Origin: Acaryochloridaceae cyanobacterium VAR_48_metabat_390
GTDB taxonomy: Bacteria; Cyanobacteriota; Cyanobacteriia; Thermosynechococcales; Thermosynechococcaceae
Reading direction: 5' to 3'
NCBI GenBank assembly: GCA_031422435.1
Contig: JANPLU010000125.1
Span: 1-13,520 of the forward strand
Length of the DNA: 13,520 bases
Positions 1-6,336 of the stretch are shown in pieces (position 1 is the first letter of the stretch; each line of letters starts with the position of its first letter). The notes beneath the pieces are model-generated. The model did no database searches and had not been told where the DNA came from. It saw only the letters and a program-made list of their open reading frames with translations. The translations under genes were made by a program, and so were the position numbers.

Positions 1-357
1 CCCAAACTGGGTAAGGATTGGAACAGCGAAACCTCGATGAAAGGTATTGGTTATTAAGCGGTCATTGTTTGGAATAGTGCAGTAACAATTCTCTCCTTTA
101 TCCCACATCACGGTGGGTATATTGAACATGATCCGCGCTTCCTTAAACGTCAGATCATCCGTTACCCCGTCTGGGTTATTAAGTTCATGGATGACTGTTT
201 CTAAATCGCCGCTCAAGTCACTAGCCACAGCAGCAAAAGCACCTGAAACACCTGAACTCTCCTCAAGCCCCAGAAGTGCATGGAAAAGGACTTCTATTCG
301 TTTCTGAATATTGCTTAAGACATCAAGAGGATGAACTTTGTGAGTTGATGTAGTCAT
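1..357 (-). CDS. Hypothetical protein, 3'-truncated by window edge (>=119 aa; MTTSTHKVHPLDVLSNIQKRIEVLFHALLGLEESSG...FAVPILTQFG)
   Basis: Hand translation: ATG at 357-355, 119 codons without a stop to position 1, GGAG Shine-Dalgarno a few nt upstream (ATTGGAGACAAAC-ATG). Not in the ORF track. No family recognised. Confidence 0.7.
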   Translation of the reverse strand, partial: MTTSTHKVHPLDVLSNIQKRIEVLFHALLGLEESSGVSGAFAAVASDLSGDLETVIHELNNPDGVTDDLTFKEARIMFNIPTVMWDKGENCYCTIPNNDRLITNTFHRGFAVPILTQFG

Positions 358-383
358 GTTTGTCTCCAATAGGTTGTAAAGGT

Positions 384-434
384 TCCGATTTCAAAATCGG
401 AGGTGTGGGCAGTAGATGGCACTGCCCAAGCCAT
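384..434 (-). other. Intergenic structured RNA element: candidate H-type pseudoknot (406-434) plus hairpin (384-401)
   Basis: TGGGCAGT 406-413 pairs with ACTGCCCA 421-428; loop bases ATGGC 416-420 are complementary to GCCAT 430-434; TCCGATT 384-390 pairs with AATCGGA 395-401. Confidence 0.45.
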
Positions 435-446
435 GTAATACACGGT

Positions 447-593
447 CTAGTCGATGGGAAACCCTTTGTACAGGGTTGGAGCCTTACGCGGTGCAGGCAT
501 GGCCTGACTAAAGCGGCGCTCTACCTCATCAACCTTTGTGGGCTGGTTTACTGAGATGGTGACGGTCTTTGTTTCTACAGTGGACTGATTCAT
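447..593 (-). CDS. Small hypothetical protein, 48 aa (MNQSTVETKTVTISVNQPTKVDEVERRFSQAMPAPRKAPTLYKGFPID)
   Basis: ATG at 593-591, TAG at 449-447. First ORF after the predicted leftward promoter and leader hairpin, with a weak AGGT-type SD. Shorter than any ORF in the supplied track. Confidence 0.5.
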   Translation of the reverse strand: MNQSTVETKTVTISVNQPTKVDEVERRFSQAMPAPRKAPTLYKGFPID

Positions 594-617
594 AATGAGT
601 TACCTAGTAATGGGTAG

Positions 618-654
618 AGCAGCGCTTAGTTTTCCAGACGGGGCGCTGCTTTTT
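618..654. terminator. GC-rich hairpin with T-tract: intrinsic-terminator-like on + strand, 5' leader hairpin on - strand
   Basis: AGCAGCGC 618-625 / GCGCTGCT 643-650, with a T run at 650-654. Confidence 0.5.
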
Positions 655-664
655 GCTTTACATG

Positions 665-735
665 AATAATCTAGCGCTAATAATCTAGCGCTGTCAATCA
701 TTAAGCGCGAAGAAAATAGCGCTAATATAGTGCTA
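665..735. promoter_or_regulatory. Cluster of palindromic operator-like boxes (TAGCGCTA), probable binding sites of the adjacent XRE protein
   Basis: TAGCGCTA 672-679, TAGCGCTG 686-693, AAGCGCGA 703-710, TAGCGCTA 717-724, TAGTGCTA 728-735. Exact 14-bp tandem repeat AATAATCTAGCGCT at 665-678 and 679-692. Confidence 0.65.
668..697 (-). promoter_or_regulatory. Leftward sigma70-type promoter, TTGACA-N18-TAGATT
   Basis: Minus strand: consensus -35 TTGACA at 697-692 and -10 TAGATT at 673-668. Predicted start near 661, just upstream of the leader hairpin. Confidence 0.65.
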
Positions 736-977
736 TGACTTTACTCATGGGAGAAATATACGTGTCACGTCTAGCTGAATTGCGAAAACATAAGGAACTC
801 ACCCAAAGGCAGCTTGCTGATGCTGTTGGGGTGGATCCGTCCACTGTTAGAAACTGGGAAAGAGATAGAGGAGGTGTTGAAGTGTTTGCTAGGGTTGCGA
901 GGCTCTGTAAGGTTCTAGAGTGTTCACCTAACGAACTGTTTGCGGTTGTTGATCCTCTAGAAGTGGAGAAGGTCTAA
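735..977 (+). CDS. XRE/Cro-CI family helix-turn-helix transcriptional regulator (alternative start GTG 762)
   Basis: LAELRKHKELTQRQLADAVGVDPSTVRNWE...VARLCKVLECSPNELF is a typical HTH_3 pattern. A GGAG lies ~8 nt before in-frame GTG 762. No C-terminal peptidase domain. Confidence 0.9.
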   Translation: MTLLMGEIYVSRLAELRKHKELTQRQLADAVGVDPSTVRNWERDRGGVEVFARVARLCKVLECSPNELFAVVDPLEVEKV

Positions 978-1066
978 TGCGATCGCTACCCAACCGTTCG
1001 GCATGGCTACGCCGCGTCATTACTGAAGCTGCACAGCGGGATCTGATGAAGGATGGTGAGACATGA
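977..1066 (+). pseudogene. 29-aa ORF (MRSLPNRSAWLRRVITEAAQRDLMKDGET), resembling the C-terminal helix of a cyanobacterial CopG/ribbon-helix-helix-like protein; remnant or functional mini-protein
   Basis: Overlaps the XRE stop (TAATG, 975-979) and the next start (ATGA, 1063-1066); GGAG at 965-968. The 'NRSAWLRRVITEAA' pattern resembles RHH helix B (recognition by eye). Confidence 0.5.
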
Positions 1067-1344
1067 CTCAAACTCAACCTGACCGATTAGATCAGCTTGA
1101 GTCGGTCATTGAGCGCATAGACCGCAAGCTAGATGCGATCACCGCTGACATAGCAGGATTAAGGCTTGAAACTCGTACCTTTGAAGCGAGAACAGGTGAG
1201 CGGCTTAATAGCATTGATCAGCGCCTAACCTTGCTTGAGAGCCGTGTCGCGGTTCAAGATACGCGGCTATGGGGATTTGTCACCGCTTTAGTCCTAGCAC
1301 TTGTGGGGTTACTGGCAAAGCTGGCATTTTTCCCGCAGACTTAA
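1063..1344 (+). CDS. Small coiled-coil protein with C-terminal transmembrane helix (XhlA/DUF1640-like architecture)
   Basis: Heptad-like N-terminal ~65 aa (LDQLESVIERIDRKLDAI...LNSIDQRLTLLESRV), then hydrophobic LWGFVTALVLALVGLLAKLAFF. Confidence 0.75.
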   Translation: MTQTQPDRLDQLESVIERIDRKLDAITADIAGLRLETRTFEARTGERLNSIDQRLTLLESRVAVQDTRLWGFVTALVLALVGLLAKLAFFPQT

Positions 1345-1365
1345 ATAGTCCAGCAACACCCTAAA

Positions 1366-1460
1366 TGGGGCACACTTGGGGGCATTTCTAAAATGCTTAA
1401 AACTGAAATGCTTTCTATTCAAGCACCTATAGAGTTTTATCAATAGATAGTATGCCTATC
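1366..1460. repeat. Candidate attachment-site (att) arm and core repeats
   Basis: Direct repeat GGGGCA 1367-1372 / 1379-1384. Inverted repeats GCATTT-cta-AAATGC 1382-1396, TGCTT-N7-AAGCA 1409-1425 and GATAG-TATGC-CTATC 1446-1460. Confidence 0.4.
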
Positions 1461-2435
1461 ATCGTTGCAGACTGTCTCTCTAAAGTTTATCCCGTTGCCA
1501 TTAAGCAACCTGGAATGCGCGGCACCCTGTCGCATTTTTTTAAGCGTCAAAATCGGCTCGTCAATGCTGTAAAGGACGTGAGTTTTGAAATTCAGCCTGG
1601 AGAAGTGGTGGGTTTTTTAGGGCCTAATGGGGCAGGTAAAACCACCACGCTTAAAATGCTGACGGGTTTAATTCATCCCTCTAGCGGTCGAGTGCGTGTA
1701 GCAGACAATATCCCCTTTCAGCGCAATCGAGCATTTCTCGAAAAAATTACCCTAGTGATGGGTCAAAAGCAGCAGCTCCTGTGGGATTTGCCTGCAATGG
1801 ATTCTCTACGGATTAATGCGGCGGTGTATGGCATTAGCGATCGCGAATTTAAACGGCGCATTGGCGAACTCACCGAAATGCTCTCCCTCGAAGAAAAGCT
1901 GACCCAGCCCGTGCGCAAACTTTCCCTCGGGGAACGGATGAAAGCAGAGCTACTAGCGGCGCTGCTCCATCAGCCCCAGGTCTTGTTTTTAGATGAGCCG
2001 ACCCTTGGCTTAGACGTAAACGCCCAGGTCAGCGTTAGAGAGTTTTTAAAGTCTTACAACGAACGCTTCGATGCCACTATTCTGCTAACCAGCCACTACA
2101 TGGCAGACATAACGGCACTCTGCGATCGCGTTCTCTTAATTCATCAGGGGCAGCTCATCTACGACGGCGCGTTAGATGGCTTGCTAGATCATTTTGCACC
2201 CTATCGTCAGGTCAAACTAGAGCTAAAGCAGACATTTCCAGAAGCCGAGCTTGCGCCCTACGGCGAAATTGAGTCTATTTCTGGTCGAGAAGTGTGCTTT
2301 ATTATCCACCGAGAAGAGCTAACCCGCGCCGTTGCTAAACTCTTGGCAGAACTCCCTGTCTGCGATCTGACGATCACCGACCCACCCATCGAGGAAATTA
2401 TTGGCCGCGTATTCAAAGCAGGGATAGTGGAATAA
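1452..2435 (+). CDS. ABC transporter ATP-binding protein (COG4586-like, viologen-exporter-type family)
   Basis: Walker A GPNGAGKT, signature LSLGE, Walker B LFLDE, H-loop LTSH. Confidence 0.95.
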   Translation: MPIIVADCLSKVYPVAIKQPGMRGTLSHFFKRQNRLVNAVKDVSFEIQPGEVVGFLGPNGAGKTTTLKMLTGLIHPSSGRVRVADNIPFQRNRAFLEKITLVMGQKQQLLWDLPAMDSLRINAAVYGISDREFKRRIGELTEMLSLEEKLTQPVRKLSLGERMKAELLAALLHQPQVLFLDEPTLGLDVNAQVSVREFLKSYNERFDATILLTSHYMADITALCDRVLLIHQGQLIYDGALDGLLDHFAPYRQVKLELKQTFPEAELAPYGEIESISGREVCFIIHREELTRAVAKLLAELPVCDLTITDPPIEEIIGRVFKAGIVE

Positions 2436-3220
2436 TGCAGATTCTCCATCAGTCCAAGGTGTTTTTGTCGGTGTACTACGCCTATATGGTGGAGTATCGC
2501 GCTGAGCTAATTTTGTGGGTGTTAGCCAATTCAATGCCCCTGATTATGATGGGAGTTTGGACTCAGGCAGCGGCAGGCGGAGGGTTTTCGCTCTCGGCGA
2601 TTGACTTTGCTCGCTACTTTATCTGCGTGTTTTTAATCCGGCAGCTCACCATTGTTTGGGTGGTCTGGGAGTTTGAAAAAGAAGTGGTGGAAGGGCGACT
2701 TTCCCCCAGGCTCCTACAGCCGATTGACCCCGTTTGGCACCATGTTGCGGGGCATGTTGCAGAACGCTTTGCACGAATGCCGTTTACGTTTGTGCTAATG
2801 GCGCTGTTTTTTGTGCTGTATCCTCAATCATTTTGGGTGCCCAGTGGGGGAGGTGCGGTTTTGGCGATCGCCGCTATCATCCTCGCGTTTATCCTACGGT
2901 TTTTGATTCAGTACACCTTTGCCCTGTTTGCCTTTTGGACAGAGCGAGCCACGGCGATCGAGCAGTTTTGGTTTTTGTTTTATTTGTTTTTATCGGGCAT
3001 GATTGCGCCCCTCAACGTTTTTCCTGAAGGGGTGAAAGCAATCGTCCTGTGGACACCGTTCCCCTATCTCATTTATTTTCCCGCTAGCTTACTGGTGGGA
3101 TTACCCGTCAATGTAGGTCAAGGCTTTGGCGTGATGGTAGCCTGGAGCGCTTTGTTCTGGGTGGTCAACCGCTGGCTATGGCGACGCGGGTTAAGGCACT
3201 ATTCGGGGATGGGGGCTTAA
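2435..3220 (+). CDS. ABC-2 family transporter permease (COG4587-like)
   Basis: About six hydrophobic segments; motifs EYRAEL, G.LS..LL.P and LSG.IAPL..FP; C-terminal YSGMGA; TAATG coupling to the ATPase. Confidence 0.92.
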   Translation: MQILHQSKVFLSVYYAYMVEYRAELILWVLANSMPLIMMGVWTQAAAGGGFSLSAIDFARYFICVFLIRQLTIVWVVWEFEKEVVEGRLSPRLLQPIDPVWHHVAGHVAERFARMPFTFVLMALFFVLYPQSFWVPSGGGAVLAIAAIILAFILRFLIQYTFALFAFWTERATAIEQFWFLFYLFLSGMIAPLNVFPEGVKAIVLWTPFPYLIYFPASLLVGLPVNVGQGFGVMVAWSALFWVVNRWLWRRGLRHYSGMGA

Positions 3221-3329
3221 ACAGAGGTTTTAAGACAGAGAGCACAACAAAATTAAAGCGCGCAGCTGTGCCACCTTCGATAAGATGGAGACTGCCCACG
3301 CATTACCCAGTCGTTAGTATCCTGTGCCC

Positions 3330-5201
3330 ATGTCTGCCTCAGTCCAGCCCGAAGCCATGTCTGCAAAGATTTCGCTGCCCAAAACCAGCGAATCAGAACC
3401 CCTCAAGCGCATTCGCCACACCACATCCCATGTGATGGCAATGGCGGTGCAGAAGCTATTTCCAGGGGTACAGGTGACGATTGGCCCCTGGATTGAAAAT
3501 GGGTTTTACTACGACTTTGATAGCCCTCAGCCGTTTTCTGAAGAAGATCTGAAGGCGATTAAAAAGGAAATGACGAAGATCATTAATCGCAAGCTCCCTG
3601 TGCGGCGCGAAGAAGTTTCCCGTGTCGAAGCACAGCAGCGGATTCAGGCGCTCAATGAACCCTACAAGCTCGAAATTTTAGAAGGACTCCAAGAGCCAAT
3701 TACCCTCTATCATCTGGGCGATGACTGGTGGGATTTGTGTGCAGGTCCTCATGTTGATTCCACTGCTGAGCTGAACCCCAAGGCGATCGAGTTAGAGAGC
3801 GTCGCGGGTGCCTACTGGCGCGGGGATGAAACAAAAGCTCAGCTCCAGCGCATCTACGGCACCGCTTGGGAAACCCCAGAACAGTTAACCGAATATAAAC
3901 GCCGTAAAGAAGAGGCACTACGCCGCGATCACCGCAAAATTGGCAAAGAGTTAGGGCTATTCATCTTTTCGGATCTGGTGGGGCCAGGGCTGCCGCTCTG
4001 GACACCTAAAGGCACAATTCTTCGCTCTATTTTGGAAGACTTTTTGAAGCAGGAACAGGTGAAACGGGGCTACCTACCCGTTGTGACCCCCCATATTGCG
4101 CGGGTGGATTTGTTTAAGACCTCCGGGCACTGGCAAAAATACCACGAAGACATGTTTCCGCTCATGAGCGAGAACGAAGGCGATCGCCTCGCGGAGCAGG
4201 GCTTTGTCATGAAGCCCATGAACTGCCCCTTCCACATCCAGATTTACCAAAGCGAACTGCGCTCTTACCGCGAACTTCCCATTCGGTTTGCAGAATTTGG
4301 CACCGTGTATCGTTATGAGCAGTCTGGCGAACTGGGCGGACTCACGCGGGTGCGGGGCTTTACCGTCGATGACTCCCACCTGTTTGTGACTCCAGAGCAG
4401 CTAGACGATGAATTTTTGAAAGTCGTGGATCTCATTCTGTCGGTGTTTGAGAAGCTTCAGCTCAAAAACTTCCGCGCTCGTCTGAGCTTCCGCGATCCGG
4501 CTTCAGATAAGTACATTGGCAGCGATGATGCTTGGGAAAAAGCCCAAACCGCGATTCGCCGCGCCGTAGAAACCCTGGGGATGGATCACTTTGAGGGCAT
4601 TGGCGAAGCGGCCTTTTATGGCCCCAAGCTAGACTTTATTTTCCAAGATGTGCTGGAGCGAGAATGGCAGTTGGGGACGGTGCAGGTAGACTACAATCTG
4701 CCAGAACGCTTTGGCCTGGAGTATGTCGCTGAAGACGGCAACCGCAAACGCCCTGTAATGATCCACCGTGCGCCCTTTGGTTCTTTAGAGCGGCTGATCG
4801 GGATTTTGATTGAGCAGTATGCGGGCAATTTCCCGTTCTGGCTGGCTCCGGTACAGATGCGGTTGCTCACAGTTTCGGATGATCAAATCCCGTTTGCACA
4901 GAAGGTTGCAGCCAACTTTTTGATGCAGGGGCTACGGGTTGAGGTGGATGCAGGGGGCGATCGCCTAGGCAAAAAAATCCGCAATGCCGAAAAAGCTAAA
5001 ATTCCGGTCATGGCGGTGATTGGAGCCAAAGAGATGGAATCTGATAGCTTAACCTTGCGTCTGCGGTTGCCTGACCCCAATGATTCTGGTGTTGTAGCTT
5101 CTCAAGAAATTGAAAGTTTACCTGTCGCCCAAGTGCAAGCAGCGCTCTTAAACGCAACCCAGGGCTATACAGAACTTTCGACAGCCTTTAGTGCTATTTA
5201 G
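3330..5201 (+). CDS. thrS: Threonine--tRNA ligase (cyanobacterial type without N-terminal TGS domain; start could be 3324, 3330 or 3357)
   Basis: RHTTSHVMA and DLCAGPH editing motifs, RDHRKIG, KPMNCPFH, YRYEQSGEL.GLTRVRGF, AAFYGPKLD, IHRAPFGSLER, C-terminal anticodon-binding domain. Confidence 0.98.
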   Translation: MSASVQPEAMSAKISLPKTSESEPLKRIRHTTSHVMAMAVQKLFPGVQVTIGPWIENGFYYDFDSPQPFSEEDLKAIKKEMTKIINRKLPVRREEVSRVEAQQRIQALNEPYKLEILEGLQEPITLYHLGDDWWDLCAGPHVDSTAELNPKAIELESVAGAYWRGDETKAQLQRIYGTAWETPEQLTEYKRRKEEALRRDHRKIGKELGLFIFSDLVGPGLPLWTPKGTILRSILEDFLKQEQVKRGYLPVVTPHIARVDLFKTSGHWQKYHEDMFPLMSENEGDRLAEQGFVMKPMNCPFHIQIYQSELRSYRELPIRFAEFGTVYRYEQSGELGGLTRVRGFTVDDSHLFVTPEQLDDEFLKVVDLILSVFEKLQLKNFRARLSFRDPASDKYIGSDDAWEKAQTAIRRAVETLGMDHFEGIGEAAFYGPKLDFIFQDVLEREWQLGTVQVDYNLPERFGLEYVAEDGNRKRPVMIHRAPFGSLERLIGILIEQYAGNFPFWLAPVQMRLLTVSDDQIPFAQKVAANFLMQGLRVEVDAGGDRLGKKIRNAEKAKIPVMAVIGAKEMESDSLTLRLRLPDPNDSGVVASQEIESLPVAQVQAALLNATQGYTELSTAFSAI

Positions 5202-5205
5202 GTCA

Positions 5206-5796
5206 ATGCCTCAAGTCTCTATTGCAGCATTGGTGAGTGCCGCTCAGGCAGGTCAACTCATCGCGTTCCCCACTGATACGGTGCCTGCCCTGGCAGCAGT
5301 GCCCGACGCAGCGGCGAAAATCTATGGAGCAAAACAGCGTTCCTTAGAAAAGCCGCTGATTTTGATGGCGGCATCGGCAGAAGATCTGTGGCCTTTTGTG
5401 AACGGGGATGCAGATTCTCGATCCATTTGGCAAGCCGTTGCAGCCCAGCATTGGCCTGGTGCCGTAACTTTAGTGCTGCCTAAGGGCGATCGCGTTCCCG
5501 TTGCCGTCAATCCAGAAACCCCAGCCACGATTGGGATTCGAGTTCCTAACTGGTCGCTTGCTCTAGAAATTCTGAAGCAGACTGGTCCCCTTGCTACTAC
5601 AAGCCTTAATCTTTCCGGTCAGCTACCTTTAGAAAGATTAGAAGAGATTGCTCAAGTCTTCCCGTCTGTGCTGGTTCCCACCGCGCAATTGTGGGTGTTG
5701 CCGCCCAACATCAACCGAACACCCTCTACCGTCGCCCAGTGGAGTGGTGAGGGCTGGTCAATTTTACGTCAGGGTCTAGTAACCCTAGAACCTTAA
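5206..5796 (+). CDS. tsaC: L-threonylcarbamoyladenylate synthase (YrdC/Sua5 family, single domain)
   Basis: FPTDTV, AKQR...KPL, WPGAVTLVLP, IGIRVP, GPLATTSLNLSG, PSTV, ILRQG. ATG 5206 is preferred over GTG 5191, which overlaps thrS. Confidence 0.92.
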   Translation: MPQVSIAALVSAAQAGQLIAFPTDTVPALAAVPDAAAKIYGAKQRSLEKPLILMAASAEDLWPFVNGDADSRSIWQAVAAQHWPGAVTLVLPKGDRVPVAVNPETPATIGIRVPNWSLALEILKQTGPLATTSLNLSGQLPLERLEEIAQVFPSVLVPTAQLWVLPPNINRTPSTVAQWSGEGWSILRQGLVTLEP

Positions 5797-6197
5797 GAAA
5801 TCAGGAAAAAATGATTAAAAATGCCGAGAACTCTGAGGGGACGAATCGGAAACTCTGTGGTGTAAAGGCTGAACAGTAAAAAATCTTGGCGCTCGGTATT
5901 GTGAGCAATAAAAGCGCGGATTTCGGCTTTGCCCTGCTGCATAAAAACTTGACAGCCATCTTTTATCATGGTGTCAAACAGCCTAGGCGTGCGGTCATTG
6001 GCGCGGCACAAGTCTCGAATGAGTAGGCGTGAGACGGTCTGCGTCGCAAATTCAGTGTAGTTTGCCTGCTTTGGATTGGTGGCAGCAAAGGTAATGCTCA
6101 ACCCAAACACAACGCTGTACCCTACCCACTGCGTCATTTTGGGCGAGAAGCGAGGTTTTGCAGAGACTAATTGCTTAGGAGGAGAAGGCTGCATCAT
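5793..6197 (-). CDS. DUF4359-like protein with N-terminal membrane anchor
   Basis: Hydrophobic segment followed by TNP...Y..FA, two Cys, and T.RQDFLLFSLY.TE...LGIFNHF. Stop codon overlaps the tsaC stop (TTAA). Confidence 0.8.
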   Translation of the reverse strand: MMQPSPPKQLVSAKPRFSPKMTQWVGYSVVFGLSITFAATNPKQANYTEFATQTVSRLLIRDLCRANDRTPRLFDTMIKDGCQVFMQQGKAEIRAFIAHNTERQDFLLFSLYTTEFPIRPLRVLGIFNHFFLIS

Positions 6198-6336
6198 TCA
6201 GATCTAAGCCCAATAAGCGGTTGGGGGATTGTGAAATAGTGCGTACAACAAGGCGTTGCCCAAGGTTTCGCTCCCCCTACATTTATCATTAGATCTCTGT
6301 TCTTACCTTTTTGAAACCCGTATGGAGCCAACTAAG

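Larger units (their letters stand above)
1..1460. mobile_element. Probable right end of an integrated phage/satellite-like element (extends beyond the left window edge)
   Basis: Small unrecognisable ORFs, a divergent XRE-controlled promoter region with repeated operator-like boxes, and att-like repeats at 1366-1460, followed abruptly by conserved housekeeping genes. No integrase or structural gene in the window. Confidence 0.55.

Noticed and set aside
113..554. Plus-strand ORFs 113-307 and 360-554 from the track
   Set aside because: Non-ATG starts, no recognisable motifs, and antisense to better-supported minus-strand ORFs that follow a promoter.
384..654. Known riboswitch or ribozyme (c-di-GMP, fluoride, preQ1, HDV-like, hammerhead)
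   Set aside because: I could not match the conserved cores by eye; an Rfam scan is needed.
665..692. 14-bp tandem repeat as CRISPR or iteron array
   Set aside because: Only two adjacent copies, no spacers, no cas or rep gene; better explained as operator boxes.
735..1344. Type II toxin-antitoxin pair (XRE antitoxin plus toxin)
   Set aside because: No RelE/HigB, HipA, PIN or similar toxin fold recognisable in neighbouring ORFs.
3221..3329. T-box or E. coli-type thrS translational operator
   Set aside because: The region is only ~110 bp with no T-box consensus, terminator or convincing anticodon-mimic hairpins. Only a possible -10 TAAGAT at 3281-3286.
5596..5619. TsaC motif TTSLNLSG instead of the usual TTSANLSG as a sign of inactivation
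   Set aside because: The conserved S-x-N and K-x-R residues are intact; the substitution is at the variable position.
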